The notes under the pieces: generated by a model | What the model was told of the DNA's origin: nothing | What the model saw: the letters and a program-made list of their open reading frames with translations, nothing else | Database searches by the model: none | Assembly: GCA_947466425.1 (NCBI GenBank) | Contig: CANIBZ010000008.1 | Location: forward strand, 6,406-70,405 | Source: Flavobacteriales bacterium | GTDB taxonomy: Bacteria > Bacteroidota > Bacteroidia > Flavobacteriales_D > Sanyastnellaceae | DNA length: 64,000 nt | Reading direction: 5' to 3' | Translations under genes and position numbers: made by a program | Part shown: in pieces, positions 28,602 to 38,507 of the stretch | Layout of the letters: every line of letters starts with the position of its first letter | Position numbering within the stretch: position 1 is the first letter of the stretch

Positions 28602-30077
28602 TTATATTCGAATTCCGATGACTAATAAATCATCGGTTTGCTCCATTGAACCCTTCCAAACGTTAAACGTTTCGTGAAGGGTTTTTTCTTGCGAATCAAT
28701 TTCTAATTCTGAAATTGCAGTAAGCATTTCTTTGAATCGTTTACGCATGAATTTTTTATTGTTCTCTTCTCCAAATTGATCTGCGTAACCATCGCTGCAC
28801 GCATACACCATATCATCTTTTTCAAGCTGAAACTTTTGTGTTTCAAACGTCTCGCCGCGCTCGCCGAAGGTTCCAATGCTTCTCTTGGTAGGGGCTAATT
28901 CAATGAGCTCATTTTTTCGCACAATGTAAACTGGAATGTTTGCGCCGCAATATTCCAAGAGCCCTTCCTTTTCATCAATAGCACAAAGCGCTATATCCAT
29001 TCCGTCGCGAACACCAGTGTTGTTGTTCCGAAGAACCTCTGTACCTAAACGATTTACGTTGTTCAGAATTTGTGAGGGGTCTAGAAAAACCTTTGTGACA
29101 TGGTTCAAAAAATTATGACCTACCAAACTCATGAAAGCACCAGGAACACCATGACCCGTGCAGTCCGCCGCGGCAAATAGTTTCTTCCCTCCAACATTTT
29201 TAAACCAATAAAAATCGCCGCTAACAACCGCTTTCGGAACATAAAAAACAAAACTCTTGTTGAAGATTTGTCGAACAGAACCAATATTTGGTAATATCGT
29301 ATTCTGCAGTCGCTGGGCATAGTTGATACTATCTGTTAGGTCGCGATACAACAAATTCAATTGCTCTTTCTGAACTTCAGACTCTTCCTTTTGCTTTCGC
29401 AATTTCGTCGTGAAATAAGCGATTGCAATACCTGCAAACAGCACAAATAAAGAAACAACGACCAATACTCCGGTAAGACGAGAGAACTGCACATTCATTT
29501 CTTCAAGCTCCGCATTCATTCGCTCGGTCTGCTTTTTACGCAATCGATTTAAAATACTTTCGGCCTCTTCTACAACCAGCGGGATCCCACTTCCTTCAAT
29601 AAAATATGATTCAGCATCCATGAGCGCCACAGGATTGCTATAACTATCGAAGGTTGGTAACAGCTCTTGAACCGCCTTGAATTGAATGAGCATGTCTCCA
29701 ACTTTTCGTTCCAAAGAATCCATGCTCTTTTGCTCCTCCACACTAAAGTTATTCTTGACTTCATTCAAGCGTATCCATGATTTCATAAGCGAACTGTCGC
29801 TTATGGATTTCATTTCTTTCCTATGAAGATCTTCCTCTACACGTTGAACAAATGCCCACTCTTTAATCAAGTCTTTTGACCGAAGCGTATAGCTTTCTAA
29901 ATCTTGCAAGCGTCCAATTGAAGGAACATACTTGTCGTTAATTTTCCGATTGATATCATAACTCCGCTGAAGGGTAAGCATAGTCATGACTAAGGTTCCG
30001 GCAACTATGAATATGATGGCGCCGAAACCAAATCCAAGACGATGCTTCTTATTGAAGAACCAATTCATGGATTTCAA
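28602..30077 (-). CDS. Membrane-anchored PP2C/SpoIIE-family serine phosphatase with a periplasmic helical sensor domain
   Basis: 491 aa. Two TM segments flank a periplasmic region of about 170 aa. The C-terminal PP2C has SGDFYWF, ADCTGHGVPGAFMS, SDGYADQFG, and QTDDLLVIGIRI. Confidence 0.8.
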   Translation of the reverse strand: MKSMNWFFNKKHRLGFGFGAIIFIVAGTLVMTMLTLQRSYDINRKINDKYVPSIGRLQDLESYTLRSKDLIKEWAFVQRVEEDLHRKEMKSISDSSLMKSWIRLNEVKNNFSVEEQKSMDSLERKVGDMLIQFKAVQELLPTFDSYSNPVALMDAESYFIEGSGIPLVVEEAESILNRLRKKQTERMNAELEEMNVQFSRLTGVLVVVSLFVLFAGIAIAYFTTKLRKQKEESEVQKEQLNLLYRDLTDSINYAQRLQNTILPNIGSVRQIFNKSFVFYVPKAVVSGDFYWFKNVGGKKLFAAADCTGHGVPGAFMSLVGHNFLNHVTKVFLDPSQILNNVNRLGTEVLRNNNTGVRDGMDIALCAIDEKEGLLEYCGANIPVYIVRKNELIELAPTKRSIGTFGERGETFETQKFQLEKDDMVYACSDGYADQFGEENNKKFMRKRFKEMLTAISELEIDSQEKTLHETFNVWKGSMEQTDDLLVIGIRI

Positions 30078-30965
30078 TTAATTTGATTTGAATTTTTTCT
30101 CAGACTCTTTTTTCAAACGAAGATATTCTTCTTCTCTACCCAAGGCCCTATTCACAAACATAAGGACTTTGTAATTCGTAGATGAAGGGGTGCAGGAAGC
30201 AAAGGCTTGCTGCGCATAGGGAATGGCCGCTTTAAATTTCTTTACGCTTTCGTCTTGAATGGAAATTAAATCCATCATGTCTGTCTGCGCACCTATTTTG
30301 CGAATCATGTAAACACCTTGATTGTAGTTGACAATAGCCAAGTTCAAATTCGCTGTGCAATTTCTATTATCCAAGGCTAACACTTTAGAATAGTATTCCA
30401 AACACAAAGAATAATGATGGTTGTCTTCTGTGTTTTTGATCCAGTTGCGGTAATGTCCTTCCGCCATTTTACTGTTGAACTCAAGCTTCAAGTCTTTCAA
30501 TTCGGTGTCTGAACCTTTGTAGAGTTCTTCAAATTTCTTAAATAAGTCTTGTGGCTCATTCTCCGACTCACTGTCCATTTCTGCTGAACGTAATAAAGCA
30601 TCGTTAAAATAGGTGAAGGCAATGAATTGCAAAGCCGCATCAATATTTGTTGCAAATTCTAAATTTGAATCAAACTCGCGCGCCTTGGTTAAAGCTGCTA
30701 CACTTCGATATCGGTAGTTACTTTGACGTTGATTCGCTTCTTTCTGTTTGTACAATTCTTTCAAAATATAGCCCTTCACAAACCATGCATTCGGATCAGA
30801 GTTCAAATGTGCCGATTTAAATCCTTCATCTATTTGCGTCAATGCCTCATCATACTTTTTTTCTGCACATAACTCAGAGGCCTTTGCAACAAGGGGGTTC
30901 ACTTGTGCGTGGCTCATCTGCGCAACACCAAATAAAATGAAAAGGAGAAAAAATGCGTGCTTCAT
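30078..30965 (-). CDS. Secreted helical-repeat (TPR-like) protein
   Basis: The ATG at 30965 gives MKHAFFLLFILFGVAQMSHAQ (signal peptide), and the rest is helical-repeat-like. The longer track ORF (to 31034) overlaps the yfiR-like gene. There is no gap before the phosphatase gene. Confidence 0.5.
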   Translation of the reverse strand: MKHAFFLLFILFGVAQMSHAQVNPLVAKASELCAEKKYDEALTQIDEGFKSAHLNSDPNAWFVKGYILKELYKQKEANQRQSNYRYRSVAALTKAREFDSNLEFATNIDAALQFIAFTYFNDALLRSAEMDSESENEPQDLFKKFEELYKGSDTELKDLKLEFNSKMAEGHYRNWIKNTEDNHHYSLCLEYYSKVLALDNRNCTANLNLAIVNYNQGVYMIRKIGAQTDMMDLISIQDESVKKFKAAIPYAQQAFASCTPSSTNYKVLMFVNRALGREEEYLRLKKESEKKFKSN

Positions 30966-30966
30966 A

Positions 30967-31485
30967 TTATTGAACTTTCCATTGTAAAATTTTATTCCCC
31001 GGGGTAATTTTCTTCTCAGATAAAGCGGCCTCACTTAATTCGTATCGAATAGAATTATCTACTGTTTTGAAATTAATGGCCGCCCCGCTACCAAGGGCAC
31101 CTTCCCAATTCGACACTACCAAAGTGCTCTTACCTTTCACTTCTTTCATCAATTTCTGCAAATCAGATTTTTTCGATTTATCAATAAAAATGATATGACT
31201 GTTAGCCCCGGCTTGGTAATCAGACCATGCAACTACTTCAATTGTTTGCGCACCTACTGGCTTCATTCCATATTTCTCCACCACATGCTTAAAGACGGCG
31301 TCGTTTCCATAAACAACAATGAGAAATTTTCCTTTCTTCATCTCCGCTGGCCAGTTGCTATTTACGGCAAATTGATAAATAAAATTTGCTTGTATCATCG
31401 CACGCGAATCTCCCTCGTCTAACTGCTGCGCAGAAAGCCATTGGCTTGAGGCCAAAACAATGAGGAGTAAAACGATTCTTTTCAT
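30967..31485 (-). CDS. YfiR-like (DUF4154) periplasmic protein
   Basis: 172 aa. Signal peptide, and ANFIYQFAVNSNWP resembles the YfiR/DUF4154 core (FLYNFAKFVEWP-like). Confidence 0.5.
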   Translation of the reverse strand: MKRIVLLLIVLASSQWLSAQQLDEGDSRAMIQANFIYQFAVNSNWPAEMKKGKFLIVVYGNDAVFKHVVEKYGMKPVGAQTIEVVAWSDYQAGANSHIIFIDKSKKSDLQKLMKEVKGKSTLVVSNWEGALGSGAAINFKTVDNSIRYELSEAALSEKKITPGNKILQWKVQ

Positions 31486-31510
31486 TTAATAGCGCTATAC
31501 AGGCACATAA

Positions 31511-31518
31511 CAAATCTA
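31511..31518 (-). promoter_or_regulatory. Bacteroidota-type -7 box (TAGATTTG) for the yfiR-like operon
   Basis: Exact TAnnTTTG match on the minus strand, 26 nt upstream of the ATG. It abuts an 8-bp inverted repeat (31517-31524 / 31543-31550). Confidence 0.4.
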
Positions 31519-31573
31519 TTTGAACAATTGGTACAATTGGTATTCAAATACAAAGGTTCTTCACCTTGAATTG

Positions 31574-32611
31574 TTAGAATCGCGCTGTGCTCACCTCCTT
31601 CGGAATAGGCGCGCCTTCGGTTAAAACAGCAGAAAATAATTTTGAGAAATACGGTGCAAGAAGAACACCTTTTGATCCCAAACCGCCGAACACACCAAGT
31701 CGTTCGTTCTCCTTAGCGAAACCTATAATTGGACGTCTGTCCCGGGTTGTAGGACGAAATCCTGTTTTGTGGCTTTCAACAACTACCGTCTTATCCATTC
31801 TTTGAGTCAATTCCGAAAGAAGCAGTTCCTTCGCTTCTTCCGTTGGCTCATCAGGAACCTCATTCCAATTGTAAGTGGCGCCCAAACGAAATTTTTCATT
31901 TCCAAATGGAAGTAAAAACTGACCGAAATTAACCACGGCGTCTATTTCTAAATTTTCAATTTTCAAATCCAACACTTGTCCATGGTTTGGAATCAAATCC
32001 AGGCTTTCCAAACCCTTCCATTGATTCACGCCTATTCCATTGCAAAGAATCAGTTTATCGAAAGCTCTTCCTTTCCACACAACGCTGCTCTCTAGGAATT
32101 CAACTTCACTTTCATTCACAGCATCTTCAATGAAATTTCCATGTTGAATGAAATAATTCTTCGAAACTTCGCGGAACAACGGAACGTTCAACCAGCCGCA
32201 TTCATTCACCTCACTGTTTCCAAATGGCGAATCGAAATTCTCTTGCACGCTCTTGTTCGAGCGGGCGGAAAGAAATCTTCCAACTTCAGGATGATCGGAT
32301 TTTTCATCCCAAAAATTAGCGTCTTGAATGGAATTGAAAATTCTTGCAACGGGAAGGGAATGGAAAAAACTCGCTTGAAGTTTTTCTTCCAACTTTCGAA
32401 AAGTCACATTCATCTCTTCGAGCATTTCCTTTGCTAACCAAGACGCAGCAAGTCTTTTAAACGTAACTGGATTCCACATTCCCGCAGCTACTTGAGATGC
32501 AGAAGCGTGATTGTAATCGTCGGCTATTAAAACCTGTTCTCCTTTTTCAAGAAGAGAAAAGGCTAGCAGTGTTCCTGCTAGCCCTTGCCCTACGATTAAA
32601 TATTTCGACAT
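31574..32611 (-). CDS. FAD-dependent oxidoreductase (DAO family)
   Basis: 345 aa with an N-terminal GxGxxG dinucleotide fold (YLIVGQGLAGTLLA). Confidence 0.7.
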   Translation of the reverse strand: MSKYLIVGQGLAGTLLAFSLLEKGEQVLIADDYNHASASQVAAGMWNPVTFKRLAASWLAKEMLEEMNVTFRKLEEKLQASFFHSLPVARIFNSIQDANFWDEKSDHPEVGRFLSARSNKSVQENFDSPFGNSEVNECGWLNVPLFREVSKNYFIQHGNFIEDAVNESEVEFLESSVVWKGRAFDKLILCNGIGVNQWKGLESLDLIPNHGQVLDLKIENLEIDAVVNFGQFLLPFGNEKFRLGATYNWNEVPDEPTEEAKELLLSELTQRMDKTVVVESHKTGFRPTTRDRRPIIGFAKENERLGVFGGLGSKGVLLAPYFSKLFSAVLTEGAPIPKEVSTARF

Positions 32612-32614
32612 CTT

Positions 32615-33805
32615 TTATTGAATCACGTTTAATGCTTTCCCCACTTTGGTAAAAGCTTCTACGGCCTTATCTATGTGTTCAAACTCATGACCAGCACTTA
32701 GCTGAACACGAATACGCGCTTGGCCTTTTGCAACAACTGGATAGAAAAATCCAATCACATAAATTCCTTCTTGCAACAGAGCATCTGCGAAGTCTTGCGC
32801 CAACTTCGCATCGTACAACATAACCGGAACAATTGCGCTATCGCCATCTTTAATGTCGAATCCAGCAGCCTTAATACCCGTTTTAAAACGAATAATGTTC
32901 GCTTCAAGTTTATCGCGTAGGTCTGAAGATGCGCTAAGCATGTCCATTACTGCGATAGATGCACCTACGATTGAAGGCGCAAGAGAATTCGAGAACAAAT
33001 AAGGTCTTGAACGTTGACGCAGTAATTCAACAATCTCCTTTCTTCCGCTGGTGAATCCACCCATTGCACCACCTAAGGCCTTGCCCAAAGTGCCCGTGAT
33101 AATGTCTACACGTCCCAAAACGTTTTTCAATTCTATTGTTCCTCTACCTGTCTTACCAATGAAGCCGGTAGCATGACATTCATCTACCATAACCATTGCA
33201 CCGTATTGATCTGCCAGGTCGCAAATCTTGTCGAGTTGCGCAACATAGCCGTCCATAGAGAAAACGCCATCGGTAACAATCAACTTGAAACGAGCTCCTG
33301 AAGCGGCTTTCAATTGCTCTTCAAGATCTTCCATGTTGTTATTTTTATAGCGATAACGCTGCGCTTTGCACAAACGAACACCGTCAATGATTGAAGCATG
33401 ATTCAATTCATCTGAAATAATTGCGTCTTGCTCGTTCAACAAAGGTTCAAAAACTCCACCGTTTGCATCAAAGGCAGCGGCGTACAAAATAGTATCTTCT
33501 GTATGAAGAAATTCAGAAAGTTTATGTTCCAACGTCTTGTGAATGTCCTGTGTTCCACAAATAAATCGAACGCTCGACATACCGAATCCGTGTGAATCTA
33601 TGGCCGACTTCGCGGCTTCTAGAACAACAGGGTGACTTGAAAGTCCTAAGTAGTTATTTGCACAAAAATTCAAAACCTCTTTTCCTTCGGTAGTTTGAAT
33701 GACTGCCGCTTGCGGGGTCGTAATGATACGTTCTCTTTTGAACAACCCCGCTTCGCGAATGCCGTTCAATTCATTTTGCAAATGTTCCTGCATTTTACCG
33801 TACAT
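32615..33805 (-). CDS. kbl: Glycine C-acetyltransferase (2-amino-3-ketobutyrate CoA ligase)
   Basis: 396 aa. Alpha-oxoamine synthase family ([35 protein letters not shown]). Confidence 0.85.
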   Translation of the reverse strand: MYGKMQEHLQNELNGIREAGLFKRERIITTPQAAVIQTTEGKEVLNFCANNYLGLSSHPVVLEAAKSAIDSHGFGMSSVRFICGTQDIHKTLEHKLSEFLHTEDTILYAAAFDANGGVFEPLLNEQDAIISDELNHASIIDGVRLCKAQRYRYKNNNMEDLEEQLKAASGARFKLIVTDGVFSMDGYVAQLDKICDLADQYGAMVMVDECHATGFIGKTGRGTIELKNVLGRVDIITGTLGKALGGAMGGFTSGRKEIVELLRQRSRPYLFSNSLAPSIVGASIAVMDMLSASSDLRDKLEANIIRFKTGIKAAGFDIKDGDSAIVPVMLYDAKLAQDFADALLQEGIYVIGFFYPVVAKGQARIRVQLSAGHEFEHIDKAVEAFTKVGKALNVIQ

Positions 33806-33816
33806 AAATTTCAGTT

Positions 33817-34527
33817 TTAATTAGTCAATATTACTTTAGCCGCAGCTTCTGCTGCCGATTGTTCTGCCGCTTTTTTTGAACCTCCTGTTCCCCTTCCCAC
33901 TTCTTTGCCGTCTAACTCCAAGGCTATGGTATAAAGCATTTGCGCTCCGGTGCTGCGTTGTTCACGCACAATATACACCAAATGCCTTCGAGTTTTTTGT
34001 CCCCACTCGTGCAATTTACTTTTGTAATCCACGTCGAGGTGAACGCGCTCATCTAGGCCGTGTTCCTTCAATAGTTTCAATGCTATTTCTCGAGTAATCT
34101 TATATCCCTTGTCTAGGAAAAGCGCACCAAATATGGCTTCCAGTGCATTTCCAATTAGGCTTTCATGAATTTCTTGTCTGCCAATACTTACATTTAAGAA
34201 CTCATACAATTTCAAATCGTACCCAATTGCATTCAGATTGTCTCGACGAACAATCTTCGATTTCATCTTAGTTAGTTCACCTTCTGTGAGGGCAGGATAT
34301 TTCGAAAACAAATAATGAGCTACGATGCTATCCAAAATAGCATCTCCCAAAAACTCGAGTCGCTCGTTGCTGTTTTTTATTCCTGGTTGAATTTCATCGG
34401 CAGCGCTAGCATGTCGCAGCGCAGTCTCATAAAGCGCAAGGTTATTCGGCTTTACATGAAAGGTGTTTTTGATATAGGTGAAAAGTTCCCTATTGGGATG
34501 TGCTTTGGAAAAGAATTTCCAAATCAT
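33817..34527 (-). CDS. rnc: Ribonuclease III
   Basis: 236 aa. [12 protein letters not shown] catalytic signature plus a C-terminal dsRBD ([11 protein letters not shown]). Confidence 0.95.
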   Translation of the reverse strand: MIWKFFSKAHPNRELFTYIKNTFHVKPNNLALYETALRHASAADEIQPGIKNSNERLEFLGDAILDSIVAHYLFSKYPALTEGELTKMKSKIVRRDNLNAIGYDLKLYEFLNVSIGRQEIHESLIGNALEAIFGALFLDKGYKITREIALKLLKEHGLDERVHLDVDYKSKLHEWGQKTRRHLVYIVREQRSTGAQMLYTIALELDGKEVGRGTGGSKKAAEQSAAEAAAKVILTN

Positions 34528-35774
34528 TCGTATTTCTTAAAAATGGCTGAAGTGTTATGACCACCGAACCCGAAGGTGTTCGTCATTGCTACGTTCACTT
34601 CGCGATGCTGCGCCTTGTTGAAGGTAAAATTCAATTTCGGATCTAAAGCTTCATCGGTATTTACGAAGTTAATCGTTGGTGGAATGATTCCATTTTTAAT
34701 AGCCAAGATAGATGCGATAGCTTCAACGGCTCCGGCAGCACCAAGCAAGTGTCCCGTCATTGACTTGGTACTTGAAATATTTACGTTGTAAGCGTGTTCT
34801 CCAAAAATATTTTGAATGGCCTTCGCTTCTTGAACATCTCCTAAAGGAGTAGACGTTCCATGCACGTTGATGTAGTCAATTTCATTTGAAGAAATTCCTG
34901 CATCGGAAAGCGCATTCTTCATTACGTTCGTTGCACCAATTCCTTCTGGATGTGGAGCAGTAATGTGATAAGCATCTGCAGACATTCCTCCACCAATAAG
35001 CTCGGCGTATATTTTAGCACCACGCGCTTTGGCGTGCTCTAAATCTTCTAAAATAAGACAGCCACCTCCTTCACCTAAGACAAAACCATCACGGGTTGAA
35101 TCGAAAGGTCGAGAAGCTGTTTTGAAATTCTCATTGTTCTCAGACAGCGCTCTGCACGCGTTAAATCCTCCTACACCTGCCTCACAAATTGCAGCTTCTG
35201 AACCACCACTTACAATAATATCTGCCTTACCTAAACGAATGTAGTTAAAGGCATCTATTAAAGCGTTTGTTGAAGAAGCACAAGCTGAAACGGTTGTGTA
35301 ATTGGGACCTCTGAATCCGTATTGAATACTGATGTGACCAGAGGCAATATCAGCAATCATTTTCGGAATAAAGAAAGGGTTGAAACGAGGTGTTCCGTCT
35401 CCTTTCGCGAAATTAATACACTCTTCTTGGAAAGTAGTTAAACCACCTATCCCTGAACCCCAAATGACGCCAACACGATCTTTGTCTACTTTCTCTACAT
35501 CGAGTCCAGAATCCACTATAGCTTCCTTAACAACTACTAGCGCGTAGTGTGTATAAGGATCCATTTTGCGCATTTCTTTTCGCTCAATGTGATCTTCAAT
35601 ATTAAACCCCTTGACTTCACAAGCAAACTTCGTTTTGAACTTGCTCGCGTCAAAGCGCGTTATGAGATCAGAACCACTCACACCATTGATAAGACCGTTC
35701 CAGTATTCTGGTACAGTATTACCAATGGGTGTTAATGCTCCTAGTCCGGTAACAACGACCCTTCTTAACTCCAT
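34524..35774 (-). CDS. fabF: 3-oxoacyl-ACP synthase II
   Basis: 416 aa. Active-site ACASS, HGTSTPLGD, and GFGGHN. Confidence 0.95.
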   Translation of the reverse strand: MELRRVVVTGLGALTPIGNTVPEYWNGLINGVSGSDLITRFDASKFKTKFACEVKGFNIEDHIERKEMRKMDPYTHYALVVVKEAIVDSGLDVEKVDKDRVGVIWGSGIGGLTTFQEECINFAKGDGTPRFNPFFIPKMIADIASGHISIQYGFRGPNYTTVSACASSTNALIDAFNYIRLGKADIIVSGGSEAAICEAGVGGFNACRALSENNENFKTASRPFDSTRDGFVLGEGGGCLILEDLEHAKARGAKIYAELIGGGMSADAYHITAPHPEGIGATNVMKNALSDAGISSNEIDYINVHGTSTPLGDVQEAKAIQNIFGEHAYNVNISSTKSMTGHLLGAAGAVEAIASILAIKNGIIPPTINFVNTDEALDPKLNFTFNKAQHREVNVAMTNTFGFGGHNTSAIFKKYE

Positions 35775-35807
35775 AGTTTTCGGGAAAGTTGAATAATTTC
35801 CGAGTGA

Positions 35808-36041
35808 TTATTTATTCGCAGTGATGTAATCAATTGCTTGACCTACAGTCACAATTTTCTCTGCTTGATCGTCAGGAATAGCGATGTTGAATTCCTTTTC
35901 AAATTCCATGATAAGCTCTACAGTATCCAAAGAATCTGCTCCCAAATCATTGGTGAAACTAGCTTCAGGGGTTACAACTGATGCTTCTACACCGAGTTTA
36001 TCTACGATGATTTCGGTAACTTTTTGTGCAATTTCAGACAT
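35808..36041 (-). CDS. acpP: Acyl carrier protein
   Basis: 77 aa with the [13 protein letters not shown] phosphopantetheine site. Confidence 0.95.
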   Translation of the reverse strand: MSEIAQKVTEIIVDKLGVEASVVTPEASFTNDLGADSLDTVELIMEFEKEFNIAIPDDQAEKIVTVGQAIDYITANK

Positions 36042-36075
36042 TGTCTTGATGTTTTTTAAAGGTTAAATACGACCG

Positions 36076-36083
36076 CAAAAGTA
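36076..36083 (-). promoter_or_regulatory. Bacteroidota-type -7 box (TACTTTTG) for acpP-fabF-rnc
   Basis: Exact TAnnTTTG match on the minus strand, about 35 nt upstream of the acpP ATG. Confidence 0.4.
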
Positions 36084-36244
36084 CAACTTTTCATGACGAA
36101 CACACTTTTTTTTGCTTTCGATACTCATTTTCTTTACTTATTATTTGATTTTCAATACTTTAATAAACAAAATTGTTCGTAAAATATTCCTGAAGCCCCA
36201 CTCTAAACTATCTTGCAATTCAAAATTCACTCCTTTTTGAAAGC

Positions 36245-37198
36245 ATGACCTGGGACCAAGATTATCTGAAAGACAAGAACCTACTTATTTTAGGATGCGG
36301 AGGATTAGCGCACGCTGCTCTCCCTTATTTGCTTTCATCGGGAATTGGACATGTCACAATCTTCGACGGCGACGCTGTTGAAGCTTCGAATTTAAATAGA
36401 CAACATCTTTTCACTCCTGATGACATTGGAAAGAATAAAGCCGCTGTCTTAAAGAATTATTGCTCGCTCCACTTTCCAAAAGCTTCAATAATCTCGGAGG
36501 AACGAATGTTTAAACCGCAAGTGGAAAAACTTGCGTCAACCATTGATCTAGTTTTTGATTTCACCGATCGCCTAGTTACGAAACTAGAATTAGCCAGCCA
36601 TTTCGAAAAACTAAGAATTCCTTTTTTCTATGCGGCAGCGCAGATGAATGCAGGGTCTAGTGCTTTCATTCATTTAAATAGCATAACCAGCGCCATGCTT
36701 TTCGGACATGTTCAAGACGCGAGCCAAGTGGAACGGGATTGCGACGTTGATGGCGTTTGGCCAACGGTGGTGGCCTCGGTAGGTATTCATGTTGCCCATC
36801 AAGCACTTCAATTTCTGACACTCAATCCTTGTCCGTTTGTTGGCGCGATTGATTATTTCGATGGAACCACAGGACTTTGGTCACGATTCCATTTCAACCC
36901 GAAAGAAAAAAACACGAAGGCGTCCATTTCCGTTCAAGAATTGCTTCAAGACCTCAACACTCCCATTTATTTTCTGGGTGAAAGTGATTCGCTCCCATCT
37001 GAAATTATTACTGTCACAGCCGCCGAATTGAAAGAAGAGATCGAAAAAACAAATCGCTCTTGCATTCTTCTTTGTGAGACGGGCATGCGCGCGAAGGCAG
37101 CTTCCGAGCAGCTTTCAAAACATTTCAACTTTCCGATAGTCAGTTGGAATAAAAACCTTGAATCTTTCCTACACTTGTTCCATGAATCACATGTCTAG
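36245..37198 (+). CDS. ThiF/MoeB/HesA-family E1-like adenylyltransferase fused to a C-terminal rhodanese domain
   Basis: 317 aa. ILGCGGLA nucleotide loop, ASNLNRQHLF, and VFDFTD. The rhodanese loop CETGMR fits CxxxxR. I see no paired CxxC zinc motifs. Confidence 0.7.
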   Translation: MTWDQDYLKDKNLLILGCGGLAHAALPYLLSSGIGHVTIFDGDAVEASNLNRQHLFTPDDIGKNKAAVLKNYCSLHFPKASIISEERMFKPQVEKLASTIDLVFDFTDRLVTKLELASHFEKLRIPFFYAAAQMNAGSSAFIHLNSITSAMLFGHVQDASQVERDCDVDGVWPTVVASVGIHVAHQALQFLTLNPCPFVGAIDYFDGTTGLWSRFHFNPKEKNTKASISVQELLQDLNTPIYFLGESDSLPSEIITVTAAELKEEIEKTNRSCILLCETGMRAKAASEQLSKHFNFPIVSWNKNLESFLHLFHESHV

Positions 37199-38489
37199 TT
37201 TAAACAGCCCCCTTCGCTTTGCAAAGCAGCTTTTAAAAAGGCCTATGAAACCTTCAGAGGACATTCGTTTGCGCATGCTTCAGCATAGACATCTTCACGA
37301 TCTAACCTATAGACTTCCCGGCAGTGCAAAAAGAGATCTAATCATCGGCTTCAAAGAATGGAAACGGATTATTTCAAGGAAAACAATTGAACCGACTTTC
37401 ATTCCAAAATCACCTTGCGTGCTGGTTTCAACTTCCAATCAAAAAGAAATTGCGGAAGAATATATTTCAGCGAATACGGACCACCAAGCGCTAAACGTAT
37501 TGGTTCGAGAAGAACTAACACTCTCCGATTTTCCATTGAAATTTCATTTATTCGCGTTGCGAATTTCTTTGCAATGCCTATTCGATTCGCGACGTGCTAA
37601 CCTCGCCTTACTTATTCGTGAAGTGGTTGAATGGACAGCCGTTTCCGATTTCATTTCAACAAATAATACAACGGAATTTTTCGATTTCACGCCGTTTGAA
37701 AAAGATAGCAACGCCCTCGCTTACCTATTAATGGAAGAGGGAATTAAAGTGACGAAAATTCCTTCCCCCGGGCCACTAACTGGACATCACACCTTTATGA
37801 TAGCAGACGAGGTTGTTCTTTCCAGTGCTTATCAAATGGAAGAGCTTCCTCATTTCGAACATTGGTATGTAAAGGAGCTTTTGCATTGGCCGCCCGAACA
37901 ATACCTCCGATATGCCCATTGCTATTCGGACGCGCCACTTCCACCAAAAAACACCATTGGATTTTATTCTCATGGCGAATGGGTAAGAAAAAAATCCGGA
38001 CATGCTGATTTCGGGTTTGGAATTCAAGAAAACGAATTGTTTCTGTTGGAATGTTTGAAGACTTTTTTGAAAAAGCATACGACCTTTCAGCTCATCGTGT
38101 TTCCACATCCAAAAGAACGATCTGATAGTGAATTTCAATCCTTCTATTCAATTCTTTTTGAAGGAACAAACACCGTTATTGCTCCTGTTGAAATGAAATC
38201 GAGCGAGAACTTCTTCAAAGTAAACATTGGGGTTATGGCATATTCTACGCTGCTCTTCGAGCGACTAGCCCTTGGCTACAAAACATTTATTGGCACGAAC
38301 TTTCAAACTTCATTTCCCATTGAAGGTAGTCCACTTAAAAACCTTTGTCTCTCTAATTACGAGACGTTCGAAGTGGCATTATTCCTTGCCCATGAGGAAA
38401 CTGAAAAAGAATTCTTCAATCGCTTGGGGCTAAAAAATTATTCCTTGAAGGAATTCCTCGACCAAAAGGTCGTGGAAATTCAAAAATGA
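37182..38489 (+). CDS. Hypothetical protein, possibly a GT-B/TagF-like transferase fold
   Basis: About 435 aa. The start is uncertain (TTG 37158, ATG 37182, ATG 37191), and every option overlaps the E1-like gene. Weak resemblance to TagF-like layouts (IGFYSHGEW, VFPHPKER, MAYSTLLFERLALG). I recognise no confident family. Confidence 0.25.
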   Translation: MNHMSSLNSPLRFAKQLLKRPMKPSEDIRLRMLQHRHLHDLTYRLPGSAKRDLIIGFKEWKRIISRKTIEPTFIPKSPCVLVSTSNQKEIAEEYISANTDHQALNVLVREELTLSDFPLKFHLFALRISLQCLFDSRRANLALLIREVVEWTAVSDFISTNNTTEFFDFTPFEKDSNALAYLLMEEGIKVTKIPSPGPLTGHHTFMIADEVVLSSAYQMEELPHFEHWYVKELLHWPPEQYLRYAHCYSDAPLPPKNTIGFYSHGEWVRKKSGHADFGFGIQENELFLLECLKTFLKKHTTFQLIVFPHPKERSDSEFQSFYSILFEGTNTVIAPVEMKSSENFFKVNIGVMAYSTLLFERLALGYKTFIGTNFQTSFPIEGSPLKNLCLSNYETFEVALFLAHEETEKEFFNRLGLKNYSLKEFLDQKVVEIQK

Positions 38490-38507
38490 TTGATTACTTT
38501 GCAACCG

